Positions 11,006 to 21,421 of a DNA stretch of 64,000 bases are shown here, piece after piece. Under the pieces are notes generated by a model. The model saw only the letters and a list, made by a program, of their open reading frames with translations, searched no databases and was not told the origin of the DNA. The stretch is from Candidatus Bathyarchaeia archaeon (GTDB lineage Archaea > Thermoproteota > Bathyarchaeia > Bathyarchaeales > Bathycorpusculaceae). Positions within the stretch are counted from its first letter, which is position 1; each line of letters starts with the position of its first letter. The translations under genes were made by a program, and so were the position numbers. Location of the stretch: assembly GCA_050015395.1 (NCBI GenBank), contig JBEKBM010000002.1, forward strand, positions 76,719 through 140,718, in the 5' to 3' direction.

Positions 11006-11979
11006 TTGAAAGTTGCAATTATCGGTTTAGTCACATGGGTCAACTTCACATGCTTAATGCCATGCGCGTTGATGGTGTTAAAGTTGTAGCTGGGGCAGAT
11101 AAAAGCGAAAAAAAACCGCAAGTATGCAGAAAGATACCATATTAAAACTTACGATGATTATACCAAGTTAATACATGCCGAAAAATTAGATGCAGTTATT
11201 ATTTCATTGCCCAATTTCTTAAAGAAAGAAGCATTTTTTATGCTGCTGAAAAGGGTTTAGATATTTTTTTGGGCATGCCTATTTCCCGTAATCTTGCTGA
11301 AGCACAGGAAAACCGTTTCCAATCAATTTGAACGTAATTCTGTTAAGCTTATGCTTGGTTACCCCATGCGTTTTAACAACAAATTCATCAAGCTTAAAGA
11401 AGACATGGAGAACGGGTTAATTGGCGATGTGGAGAATGCTCATGCAACTTGCATAAGTTCTGGTCCTTCTTCCATAGGGCTGTAGAGAATTCGCCTGTTC
11501 CAGTTCCAGACTGGTGGTTTAACACTGAGTATACAGGCGGTGGAGTCCTTGTGGATTTGGGGTCTCATATAATTAACCTTCTCAGATGGTTCTTTGGCGA
11601 GATAGTTGATGTTAAAGGTCAATTTGGGCATAGGTTTAGCATGGATTTTGAGGATTCAGCCATGTGCCTAGCAAGGTTTGATTCTGGTTCTGTTGCCGTT
11701 ATCAACGTTGGCTGGTTTTAGCAGGAATACACCCTCAGGGTTGACCTTTTAGGAAGCGTTAGGAACATTTCTGTTGAGCATATGCCTTCTAGTACAATGT
11801 CTAATGCCTTTCGAATGTTAACGAAGGGTATTTCCTCATTTAATCAACCGCATTTCGATGAACTACAATATTTTGTCGATTGTTTGGTTAAAGATGAGGC
11901 TCCGTCTCCAACTGGTCTGGATGGACTTAGAGATTTGGAGGCAATATCCAAAGCTTATAAAAATCAGATTCTTCTTTAA
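11006..11979 (+). pseudogene. Gfo/Idh/MocA oxidoreductase pseudogene
   Basis: Fragments KVAIIGL, DAVIISLPN, GYPMRF and GGGVLVDLGSH are spread over several frames; in-frame TAG at 11719. Confidence 0.85.
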
Positions 11980-12006
11980 CGGGAAAAAACCGGTATTGGT
12001 GCCTAC

Positions 12007-13683
12007 ATGGATAAAGCTTTAGAGATGGGTAAATCTTCGGCAACTGGAAGCTTCCACCTATTAATCGGTGTGGCTGGGTCTACAGTAATAATGGCTGTTG
12101 GCACCCTCATTTTAGCTGGACTCTTACCGGTTAATGAAGTTGGGCTATATGGTATGGCTCTGATTCCATCAACCATAATTAACTTCTTTAGAGATTGGGG
12201 CGTAAACTCTGCATTAACCCAGAAGATAGCCAGCTTAAGAGCGGCTGGAAGAGACTCGGAAATTCATGATGTCATGCTTTCAGGAATAATTTTCGAGATT
12301 ATAACCGGTATTGTTTTGTCTCTGATTTGTTTCGCTGTTGCTGAACCATTAGCTTACATTCTTAGCCCCAGTAACTCAGCCAACCTCACTGTTTACATAT
12401 CGATAATGTCGCTTTCTATTTTTGCGGGCGCCATTCTTGCTGCAGCTGGCGGCATCTTCGTTGGTTTTGAAAGAATGAAGCTTAACAGTTTCACTCAAAT
12501 TTTTCAAGCTGTCGTTAAGACTTCTCTTGGTCCATTTTTAATTATTCTTGGTTTCGGCGTGTTGGGTGCAGTATATGCTGCAATGGGTTCAATTCTTGCA
12601 GGCGGTGCTATTGCCGCACTTATTGTTTATTTTTATTTGTTTAGGCCGTTGCGTAAGTGTAAAGTTGGCAAATGTGATGTAAAGCTAACTTTGAAGCCAA
12701 TGTTAAGTTATGGGCTGCCCCTTACGGTTTCAAACATTGTGTTTGGTGTGCTACCGCAGGTTTTCATTTTTACAATGGCAGTTTACGCTGGAGACTGGCT
12801 GATGGGTAACTATTATGCTGCCGCTTACTTCTCTGTTCTTCTGACGTTCATTTCTTTTCCGATTTCAACGGCGTTGTTTCCTGTTTTCTCCAAGTTAAAT
12901 CCTCAAAAAGAGCCTGAACTGGTGAAAACGGTTTTTGCTTCTTCAGTCAAGTACACTGCAATGCTTCTGGTGCCTGCAACAATGCTTTTAGTAACCCTTT
13001 CTACACCATTAATTAACACTTTATTCCCAAAAAATGGAATAATGCAATCCCTATTTGTAGTGAACGCAGCACCCAAGTATCCTTATGCACCGTTATTCTT
13101 GACGCTTTCATGCTTAGTCAACTTGCTTGTTTTAGTAGGTAACATTAGCTTGGGAACTTTCCAAACAGGCATTGGAAAAACAAAGCAAATTATGAAACAA
13201 AGCATTCTATCTCTTGTCGTCGGTTTGCCGCTTGCATACCTTTCAGTAGCATATTTCTATTCAATTGGCGGTCCATCTTATGCAGTGATCGGCGGCATAA
13301 TCGGAACTTTCATTGCAACCACACCCAATGTTGCTTGGGGACTTTACTGGTGTTGGAAAAACTACAAAGTTAAAGCGGACTTTCGTATTTCCGCCAAGAT
13401 TTTTGCTTCATCAGCGGCTGCTTCAGTGGTAACTTATTTGTTTATCAGCTTTTTCAGTTTACCCTATTGGATTATGCTCGTAATGGGCTTCGCAGTTTTC
13501 ATGGTGGTTTACTTGGCAAGTGCTCCGCTTATTGGCGCAGTCAATCAAGCCGATATCGATAATTTCAAAGCAATGTTTTCAGGTTCAGGCGTTGTTTCAA
13601 AAATTTTAAATTTTCCCTTACTTTTCATGAGTAAAATGTGTAGGAAAAACAATGTAAAGAAAATTTTGCTCGAGATCAATTGA
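12007..13683 (+). CDS. Oligosaccharide flippase (Wzx/AglR-like, MOP superfamily)
   Basis: Many transmembrane segments, DWGVNSA and ALFPVFSK motifs; paralog of 41775-43367. Confidence 0.85.
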   Translation: MDKALEMGKSSATGSFHLLIGVAGSTVIMAVGTLILAGLLPVNEVGLYGMALIPSTIINFFRDWGVNSALTQKIASLRAAGRDSEIHDVMLSGIIFEIITGIVLSLICFAVAEPLAYILSPSNSANLTVYISIMSLSIFAGAILAAAGGIFVGFERMKLNSFTQIFQAVVKTSLGPFLIILGFGVLGAVYAAMGSILAGGAIAALIVYFYLFRPLRKCKVGKCDVKLTLKPMLSYGLPLTVSNIVFGVLPQVFIFTMAVYAGDWLMGNYYAAAYFSVLLTFISFPISTALFPVFSKLNPQKEPELVKTVFASSVKYTAMLLVPATMLLVTLSTPLINTLFPKNGIMQSLFVVNAAPKYPYAPLFLTLSCLVNLLVLVGNISLGTFQTGIGKTKQIMKQSILSLVVGLPLAYLSVAYFYSIGGPSYAVIGGIIGTFIATTPNVAWGLYWCWKNYKVKADFRISAKIFASSAAASVVTYLFISFFSLPYWIMLVMGFAVFMVVYLASAPLIGAVNQADIDNFKAMFSGSGVVSKILNFPLLFMSKMCRKNNVKKILLEIN

Positions 13684-13776
13684 GATTTTTAATAAACCTT
13701 AAACACAGCGTAATCATATATTATTTTTAAAATAAAACGTGTTTTTGAGTTATCATTAAAAAGGAAGGTTTGTCAG

Positions 13777-14472
13777 TTGAAACCTGTACATAAAAACAGT
13801 AGTACCTCGTCAACGATTGCAGGATTATTTTTAGCCGTAGGAATTATCCTGCTGGCTTAATCTTTGCTTTTTGGATTGCAGATTGCAGCCTTTATTGGGC
13901 TAGGGTTAACTTTTTGGGGCGCCATTTTTGCTCTCGCAAGAAGCGGAAAGTACGTTGAAAGTAGCCTTCTGGATGCCACTGCAAAATTCGCTTATTCTAC
14001 AATTGACCGGATGATTAACGACTTAAAATTTAACGGGCAAGGATACTATATTCCTGCTTTCCCTAAAGACGTTTACCTTCCTGAATATCTCAAAAACCTA
14101 AAAGAACCAGTTGTTTTTATTTCTGAAAACTTCGATGGATAGCCATCGGTTGATGATTTAGTCGCAGGCAGATTTCTGTCTGAAAAAACGCATGGTGTAT
14201 TTGTCGCTTCGCCTGGCTCTGAGATTATGGCTCAAATAGAAAAACGGTTACAACTAGATTTCAGTAAAATCCCAATTGAAGAATTGACGGGAATTTTACC
14301 CCACTGCTTAACGGAGACATTTAATCTGGCTAAATCGGTTGACTTGTCTGTCGTGGAAAACGGCGTTAGTTTTAAGGCAACTGGTATTTTGTATCAGAGT
14401 TTATACCGTGCCGAGCCTCCTTTGAAGAGCGTCAGCATCTTAGGCTGTCCAGTTGTAAGCGCACGGCTATAA
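13777..14472 (+). pseudogene. Membrane-anchored hypothetical protein interrupted by two in-frame stops
   Basis: Single frame from TTG 13777 with TAA at 13858 and TAG at 14140 joining ORFs 13864-14142 and 14227-14472. Confidence 0.7.
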
Positions 14473-14825
14473 TACTTCTTACTACCTCTGAATTGCTGTA
14501 TTCGTCGCCTGATTATTCTGCAAGAATTGCCGTTAACAGGCAACTTTTACGGATGACTGCTATTGGGTGCGGTTTAGGTTTTTCGTTACAGTCGTCATGC
14601 GCATTATGGGTATTCTTTGATTGCTCCTTGCTTCAATAAAAGTCACGTATTGTGACAAGAAAGCATCAAAGCTAAGCTTAACTGTATTTTTAGCGCAAAT
14701 TGTGTTCGCCAGTTATTCTGTCAACTATTTAAGTTGCGGCTGACGTTCACTCTAAACTTGACTATAACCGTACAGTTAATAGCTAAGTAAACCGAAATGT
14801 TTTGGTCTAAAGGAGGAGAAACGCT

Positions 14826-15518
14826 TCGTTTGCTGTCGGGCACATATCACTGGGTTACCTCTTAGGTAAGGGCTCCTCAAAGAAGTTGCGTGTTAAAATT
14901 AATATTCCGTTGTTGATGGTTCTTTCTATAATTCCTGATGCCGACATAATCTTCGATTGGTTGACTGGAGCCCAACTGCACAGAGGTCCATCACATTCAG
15001 TGGTTGTGGCAATTATAGCTTTTATTCCATTCTTCATTTTTTACCGCAAAAAAGCAGTACCGTATTTTCTAGCTTTAATTTCACATTCCCTTATAGGCGA
15101 CTTCTTTATAGGTGGGAATGTGCAGTTGCTGTGGCCTTTTTCAACAACCAAGTTTGGGTTTACTTACCTTAGTGTTTTTAGCCCGATAAACATCGTTCTT
15201 GAATTAATCTTATTCTTGATGGCAATGCTTGTCCTATACAAAACGGGTGACTACAAGGTTTTCTTTACAGACAACAAGTCAAACTTATTGCTGATTATCC
15301 CTATATGCACAGTTTTACTGCCGACATTAATAGGCTTCCCCTTCAGTGTACCGTTGCTTGTAAGTGAGCCTACTCTCGCAATAGCACACCTGGTTTACCT
15401 GGCGCTCTTCAGCATAGCCGTTCTTAAAACACTTCATTCCATATACGAACATAGATTCCATTCTTCAAAAAATCTAGAGGAAGAGATACGAGGGGAAACC
15501 AAGGAATCTATCCCATAA
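14826..15518 (+). CDS. Membrane-bound metal-dependent hydrolase (YdjM-like)
   Basis: FAVGH..LGY N-terminus, IIPDAD, HRGPSHS and SHSLIGD motifs; start codon uncertain. Confidence 0.8.
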   Translation, partial: SFAVGHISLGYLLGKGSSKKLRVKINIPLLMVLSIIPDADIIFDWLTGAQLHRGPSHSVVVAIIAFIPFFIFYRKKAVPYFLALISHSLIGDFFIGGNVQLLWPFSTTKFGFTYLSVFSPINIVLELILFLMAMLVLYKTGDYKVFFTDNKSNLLLIIPICTVLLPTLIGFPFSVPLLVSEPTLAIAHLVYLALFSIAVLKTLHSIYEHRFHSSKNLEEEIRGETKESIP

Positions 15519-15742
15519 AAAGTGACTATAAAATCGAGGTATAGACCGCTCCAACCATTCGTTTATCGTATTTTTTTGTTTATCTTTCGGGTTCTTGATT
15601 TGTTGTTTTGTCATGTTGTAACTATGGATTTTTTCAAGCAATATTTATATCAAAAGTGATGCACTCCAATCAGTCTAACTAACCTGTCAGGCGTTGAACC
15701 AATTTGAACCACGCATGTAGAGAACTCTTGGTGGTAAAATAA

Positions 15743-16678
15743 ATGCCGTTAAAAAACTTGAAGAAAGATGAAGCAGACGCTTTAACGTTAGAATGGGTCT
15801 TGCACGTTAAGAACTACAAGTTAACCCTTGACAAAAAACGCTGTGTTGGCTGCCAAATATGCAGTTTAGCCTGCCCTAAAGAAGCCATAAAAACACAAAA
15901 GCAACCTAAAATTCAAGGGGAAAAAGCCAAAAAAGCCAAAGTGGACATTGACTTGGCAAAATGCAATTTCTGCGGTATCTGCGATGTCACCTGCCCCTAT
16001 GGCGCAATCAAAGTTACCTTGAACGGTGCACATGACCTTTCTATCTTGGCGAAAGAAAGTTACCCACAGCTGGTTCGCGACATAAAAGTGGATACAAGCC
16101 AGTGCCAGAAAGAATGCGCAGAATGCGAAACAGCATGCCCACTGTCACTCATAAAAATTTCTAAAATTGGTTATGATGGCAAAGCAATCGAAAACCTTGA
16201 GGCTTTATCGCCGAGCCAGAAAAAACGCGTCCAAGTCAACCTTGATATTCAAAAGGATTACTGTCCAACTTGCAGAGTATGCGAGTTCAAATGTAGTCCA
16301 GGCGCATTAAAAGTCAAAAAAGCCTTCGAAGGAGTAATCGCTATTAATCGGGAGAAATGCCCTGAAGGTTGCACAGACTGCCTTGATGTTTGCCCCATTA
16401 CTGGCGCATTAACGCTTGGGGAAGACAAGAAAGTTCATGTTAACGAGTTATTCTGCACTTACTGTGGAGCATGCAAAAACGTTTGCCCTGTCGATGAAGC
16501 GTTAACAGTCAAACGCACAACAATACACCACACGCCCATACATTCAGGCGCATGGAACAAAGCCTTAGAAAGACTAACATCACCGGTCGATGCCGCTAAA
16601 GAATACAGAACCGTAGCTGGTGAGAACAGGCGCAAAGTAGTTGCCAAAAGATTCGTTTTGGAGGAGACAGTGAAATGA
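15743..16678 (+). CDS. Polyferredoxin (FwdF/MvhB-like)
   Basis: Six CxxCxxCxxxC(P)-type 4Fe-4S motifs. Confidence 0.85.
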   Translation: MPLKNLKKDEADALTLEWVLHVKNYKLTLDKKRCVGCQICSLACPKEAIKTQKQPKIQGEKAKKAKVDIDLAKCNFCGICDVTCPYGAIKVTLNGAHDLSILAKESYPQLVRDIKVDTSQCQKECAECETACPLSLIKISKIGYDGKAIENLEALSPSQKKRVQVNLDIQKDYCPTCRVCEFKCSPGALKVKKAFEGVIAINREKCPEGCTDCLDVCPITGALTLGEDKKVHVNELFCTYCGACKNVCPVDEALTVKRTTIHHTPIHSGAWNKALERLTSPVDAAKEYRTVAGENRRKVVAKRFVLEETVK

Positions 16679-19131
16679 GCACACCGCAAGCACCTAAACA
16701 ACCAGAAACCGCAAAACCTGAAGAGCTACGAGTCGGCGTTTTCGTCTGCGACTGCGGCTTAAACATCGCAGGCACAGTAGACGTTAAACAAGTTGTCGAA
16801 TACGCCAAAACCATACCCGACGTAGTATTCGTCAAAGAAAACCGCTACACATGCGCAGACCCGGGACAAGAAGAAATCCGAAAAGCCATCCGAGAGCAGA
16901 AACTCAACCGCGTCGTCGTTGCCGCTTGCTCACCAAGAATGCACGAACCCACATTTAGACGCACAGTTTCAGAAGCAGGTTTAAACCCGTTCCTTTTCGA
17001 GATGGCTAACATCCGAGAGTTCGCTTCATGGTGCCACCAGAGCACTCCGCAAGAAGCCACAGAACGTGCAAAAGACGCCGTTCGCATGGCAGTAGCAAAA
17101 GTGCGGTTAATGATGCCTCTGCAAACCATCGAGGTGCCAGTCACCAACAAGGCACTCATTATCGGCGGAGGAATCGCGGGGATGAACGCTGCCTTAGACT
17201 TGGCTGAAATGGGCTTTAAGGTTTACATGCTGGAAAACACGCAGAGCATCGGCGGACACATGGCAGCACTGGACAAAACCTTCCCAACACTTGACTGCAG
17301 CATCTGTATTGAAGGACCAAAAATGGTGGATTGCAGTCGCCACCCCAACATCACAATCTTCGCCAACTCTGAACTTGTTAAAGTTGATGGTTACATTGGC
17401 AACTTCAAAGTAAAAATCCGCAAGAACCCACGCTACGTCATATCTGAAGATTGCACAGGTTGCGGTGAATGCAAAGATGCTTGCCCAATAGAGTACCCCA
17501 ACGAGTGGGACATGAACTTGGGCACACGCAAAGCAATTTCAGTCCCGTTTGACCAGACGGTGCCGCTGATTTACGCTGTTAACATGGATTATTGTATTGA
17601 ATGCTTCAAATGTGTTGATGCTTGCGGTGACAGACGAGCTATAGATTTCAACCAGAAACCTGAAGAAGTCGAAATAGACGTTGGCGCAATAATCGTCTCG
17701 ACAGGCTTTGACGTTTACTTACCATACGATATGCCGCTTTTGGGTTACGGGAAATACCCCAACGTCATCACCAGCATGGAATTCGAAAGGCTCATCTTAG
17801 CAGCTGGTCCAACAGGCGGCAAAGTTATCAGGCAATCAGACGGTCAGAAACCACACAGAATCGCATTTATCCTATGCGTCGGTAGCCGAGACAAGAACAA
17901 GTACCCGTACTGTAGCAACTTCTGCTGCATGTACACGCTCAAGCATGTTGTTCAGATTAAAGAGAAATACAAGGAAGACGTGGAAGTCTACGTTTTCTAC
18001 ATGGATATACGCAGTCCAGGCAAAGGCTACGAGGAATTCTATGACCGCGCAAGAGAAAGAGGTGTAAACTTCATCCGTGGACGGGTAAGTCGCATTGACG
18101 AAGACCCGACAACTCACAATTTAACTATTCACTCGGAAGATTCACTGCTTGGTCAACCAATAGAAGTCGAAGCAGACATGGTTGTACTCGCAACGGCAGC
18201 CATAGCTAAAAAAGGCTCAGCCGACATTGCACGCATACTAAACTTGTCACGTGGATCAGATGGCTTCTTCATGGAGTCTCACCCCAAGCTTAAACCGATG
18301 GAGGCGCCGACGGACGGTGTCTTCTACGCAGGCGCCTGCCAAGGCTTAAAAGACATTCCTTACAGTGTTTCGCAAGGTAGCGGTGCAGCCTCAAAAGCAG
18401 CAACAGTCATCTCAAAGCAAAAGTGGAAGATTGAACCCATCATCTCAATGGTTGACGAAACCAAATGTAGAAACAAAATAGCCAAATGCGGTGTCTGCGT
18501 TGACAAGTGCCCCTACGGCGCTATCAAAGCAGAACCGGGCAAAGCAGCATACATTAACACTGCCAACTGCCACGGCTGCGGAACATGCGTTGCTGAATGC
18601 CCACAACACGCTATTACCCAGATGCACTTCACTGACGCCCAAATTATGGCTCAAATCAGAGCTGCGCTTGAAGACAAACCGGAAGAGAAAATCCTAGCTA
18701 TCCTATGCAACTGGTGCAGTTACGCTGGAGCAGACCTAGCAGGAACCAGCCGCTTTGAGTACCCGCCAAGCGTACGAGCAATCCGCGTCATGTGCAGCGG
18801 CAGAGTAGCCAGAGAATTCGTCCTCGAAGCACTGCGACTTGGGGCAGGAATGGTCATGATTGGCGCATGCCACTTACCCTACGACTGTCACTACATCAGC
18901 GGAAACTACAAGATGAAAGCACGCACAGACGCCCTAAAAGGCATGCTGACAAAACTGGGCATGAGTCCAGAGCGGTTCAGAGTAGAATACGTTTCAGCCG
19001 CTGAAGGCATCCACTACGCTGAAGTCATCAAAGAAATAGACGCCCAAATGAAAGCGCTAGGCAAAGAAAAAATCCAAGCAGAAAACGCAAAGCTCAAACC
19101 CATTCTAGAAAACATGCTGAAACGAAAGTAG
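16675..19131 (+). CDS. hdrA: Heterodisulfide reductase subunit A fused to MvhD
   Basis: GVFVCDCGLNI, AACSPR, GGGIAG, DKTFPTLDC and CVGSRD motifs; C-terminal CNWCSYAGAD/RVMCSGRV/DCHY MvhD domain. Confidence 0.95.
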   Translation: MSTPQAPKQPETAKPEELRVGVFVCDCGLNIAGTVDVKQVVEYAKTIPDVVFVKENRYTCADPGQEEIRKAIREQKLNRVVVAACSPRMHEPTFRRTVSEAGLNPFLFEMANIREFASWCHQSTPQEATERAKDAVRMAVAKVRLMMPLQTIEVPVTNKALIIGGGIAGMNAALDLAEMGFKVYMLENTQSIGGHMAALDKTFPTLDCSICIEGPKMVDCSRHPNITIFANSELVKVDGYIGNFKVKIRKNPRYVISEDCTGCGECKDACPIEYPNEWDMNLGTRKAISVPFDQTVPLIYAVNMDYCIECFKCVDACGDRRAIDFNQKPEEVEIDVGAIIVSTGFDVYLPYDMPLLGYGKYPNVITSMEFERLILAAGPTGGKVIRQSDGQKPHRIAFILCVGSRDKNKYPYCSNFCCMYTLKHVVQIKEKYKEDVEVYVFYMDIRSPGKGYEEFYDRARERGVNFIRGRVSRIDEDPTTHNLTIHSEDSLLGQPIEVEADMVVLATAAIAKKGSADIARILNLSRGSDGFFMESHPKLKPMEAPTDGVFYAGACQGLKDIPYSVSQGSGAASKAATVISKQKWKIEPIISMVDETKCRNKIAKCGVCVDKCPYGAIKAEPGKAAYINTANCHGCGTCVAECPQHAITQMHFTDAQIMAQIRAALEDKPEEKILAILCNWCSYAGADLAGTSRFEYPPSVRAIRVMCSGRVAREFVLEALRLGAGMVMIGACHLPYDCHYISGNYKMKARTDALKGMLTKLGMSPERFRVEYVSAAEGIHYAEVIKEIDAQMKALGKEKIQAENAKLKPILENMLKRK

Positions 19132-19980
19132 CCGCACTGCAAGTTTTAATTTTTTTCTTTTTATTTTAGATACCCTGCTGCTCTTTTTGTTGCCTAAACC
19201 GCTGAACAAATAGCCTACCTCCTCCCCCTCTGCTTTCAATTTTGCTAGAGAAACTCGATTGCTAAATTGATACCCTATCCCGCCTTACTTAATTTTTGAT
19301 AATAATTCATTAACAAACTGTCTTGAATAGTTTTTTAGGTCCAAGTTTCACCAGCTAAAAACTAGCCTACCCTCCTTCCTCTCCTCTTTTTAGACGTAAT
19401 TCTAGAAAAAAGAGCCTATTTTCATTGTCAAGAAACTGGAAAAAGAGACTTGTTAGTAGCTATATTTTCAGTATTGAGATTTATTCACTAGATTAAGGCT
19501 GTACTGCTTTTACTTAGACCACAATAGGAAAAGAACCTAGACCTCTACAGAGACCTTAGAGCTAATGAAGAAAGGAGACTTAGTGATTTTAGTGAGACCA
19601 TGCTTTAAGTTTAATTACGTCATTAAAATTTTTCCCATGTTTATTTATATACTCAAAATTTTAGATCTAAAAAAGTTGGTATATAAAGCCTTTCGGTTAC
19701 ATCATTCAACAAAAACAACTTAAATTATTTTACCGAGACCATCCTTTAAGATAAATGTTCTTTTCGAGACACATTCGGAAATAAGGGTTAGTTTACAGTT
19801 TACCAAAAATAGCCTTAATCGTTGCGAACTTTTCATTATTTTGTTTTCAATAGAGATGTTAAGCCTTTAGAAATGTCACTCCAAAAATAATAAGGAATTT
19901 GCTTATTTTGCTAAGTTTCTAACTGCTTAAAACATTTAGTAAAATTTCGTTGGTAGGTATTCCGCTAGGTTTCTATTTAT

Positions 19981-20033
19981 TGTATGGTCGTAGAAACTGC
20001 TTAATGTACTTTGCAGAATAGAAAGAAACTTAG
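19981..20033 (-). repeat. 53-bp downstream element, copy 1
   Basis: 47/53 identical to 34300-34352; starts at the stop codon of the ORF at 20030-20848. Confidence 0.8.
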
Positions 20034-20848
20034 CTATTTGAAGAGTCTTCTGTTGGTGGTCGTGGTCGGATATTCCTCAAAACAAGTTTTTGATAATACC
20101 AAGAAAAATGTTTAAAATCACTTTGGATTTGTTTTATTATGGCATGTTGAATTATAGCTGTGTTAGGAGCTTTATTGAAATAAGCTAATTTCTTTTCTTT
20201 GTTGTTCTCTTCTTTGTTGTAATTGTTGAAATAATCAATCGCATTATCAATTGAGATAGCATTGGCAACATTTGCATAAGTTGTCCAATAAGATATTCTT
20301 AGAAAATCATACATTGTTGCTGTTCCAAATATGAGAACCCCAAGAAATATGAAAATATAATTGCCATAAGGAATCTTGAAAAAATTTACAATCTTGATAA
20401 AATATTCATAGCTTGAAACCAAACCAAGGATTCCTACCACAATCGCAATCAGATAGCCTACATGGTTTTGGATATATGAGTGGTAGGAGTTCAATAAGCA
20501 TCTTCTTGATTCTTCAAAATCTGTTTCATCAATTACTTCTTTAATCGGTTTTTCTCTCTTTGCCTTCCAAATCTTCTTTTCTTCTGAGTCTTTTCCCTCT
20601 TGTTCTTTTTTATCATTTGGGGAATCATTGTTCTTTATCACTCCAAATTTCACTAAAGCCACAAGTATTAGGTATGCAGCAACACCAAAAAGAAGAACAA
20701 CACCAATCGAAGCAAAAGATATGATAGCGTCTTTAGGGTCACCTTTCATGCCATAGAAAAATACTTCATATGCTCCTTGAAATATTACGGTGAGAAGGAC
20801 AACAATTAGGTAAACATTTCTATATTCTTTTAGAGTTATTTTTGCCAT
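20030..20848 (-). CDS. Hypothetical membrane protein (4 predicted TM segments)
   Basis: 272-aa ORF with hydrophobic segments; preceded by the conserved leader. Confidence 0.7.
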   Translation of the reverse strand: MAKITLKEYRNVYLIVVLLTVIFQGAYEVFFYGMKGDPKDAIISFASIGVVLLFGVAAYLILVALVKFGVIKNNDSPNDKKEQEGKDSEEKKIWKAKREKPIKEVIDETDFEESRRCLLNSYHSYIQNHVGYLIAIVVGILGLVSSYEYFIKIVNFFKIPYGNYIFIFLGVLIFGTATMYDFLRISYWTTYANVANAISIDNAIDYFNNYNKEENNKEKKLAYFNKAPNTAIIQHAIIKQIQSDFKHFSWYYQKLVLRNIRPRPPTEDSSNS

Positions 20849-20887
20849 GTTTAGGTTATTTCTACGCTGTGCATTTTAAGGTTTGTC
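20846..20887 (-). promoter_or_regulatory. Conserved cassette leader (BRE/TATA plus conserved spacer to ATG)
   Basis: Reverse complement GACAAACCTTAAAATGCACAGCGTAGAAATAACCTAAAC-ATG. Confidence 0.75.
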
Positions 20888-21343
20888 AAATTTTTCAGAA
20901 ACAGCTTTTACTTTACATGGATTATGAGTATGATAAATAGTGAAAACGCAGTTTAATCGGTCTTTTTCATCACTATTATATTCAATAAGAAATTGTGACC
21001 CAATGTCGGCGTTGTCATGAGCATCAATCCATTTGCTTTCACCTATCACATTCCAGAACATCTCTTGCTTCCCATGATATTCTTTTTCACCAACTTTAAA
21101 CGATAGCCCTATGTCATTTATTCTGGTGCCTCTATCACCAACATTATTTATGTGAAATTTAGCAAAAAAGAAAATCGTCTTAATCTGAGATGTTGAGACC
21201 GTAAATCTATGGTGACAGTCTGTTACACTTACTTTTAGGTTTGGTTTTTCTTTTCTGTATGTATAAACAGAAATGATAATAGCCGAGATTCCTGTAAATG
21301 CCCCGATTAAGCCTATCCAATTGGCACTAAGGAATTCACTCAT
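20876..21343 (-). CDS. Hypothetical protein with N-terminal TM anchor and beta-rich domain
   Basis: 155-aa ORF; TM segment followed by EKPNLKVS...INNVGDR. Confidence 0.7.
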   Translation of the reverse strand: MSEFLSANWIGLIGAFTGISAIIISVYTYRKEKPNLKVSVTDCHHRFTVSTSQIKTIFFFAKFHINNVGDRGTRINDIGLSFKVGEKEYHGKQEMFWNVIGESKWIDAHDNADIGSQFLIEYNSDEKDRLNCVFTIYHTHNPCKVKAVSEKFDKP

Positions 21344-21355
21344 TTAGATACGTTC

Positions 21356-21409
21356 CATGTTTAGGCTATTTCTACGCTATTCAGATTTAAGACTTATCTT
21401 TATGAAAAA
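21356..21409 (-). promoter_or_regulatory. Conserved cassette leader
   Basis: Reverse complement TTTTTCATAAAGATAAGTCTTAAATCTGAATAGCGTAGAAATAGCCTAAAC-ATG; 3 mismatches and 1 indel versus 33901-33953. Confidence 0.8.
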
Positions 21410-21421
21410 AGAGAAAAGAAA

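Noticed and set aside
11719-14142. In-frame TAG codons (11719, 14140) as pyrrolysine read-through
   Set aside because: The same genes also carry frameshifts or a TAA stop, and no pyl genes are in the window; simple decay explains them.
16845-19004. Short antisense or alternate-frame ORFs inside hdrA (likewise inside katA, nrdD, korA, herA)
   Set aside because: Fully nested in well-supported long genes; shadow ORFs.
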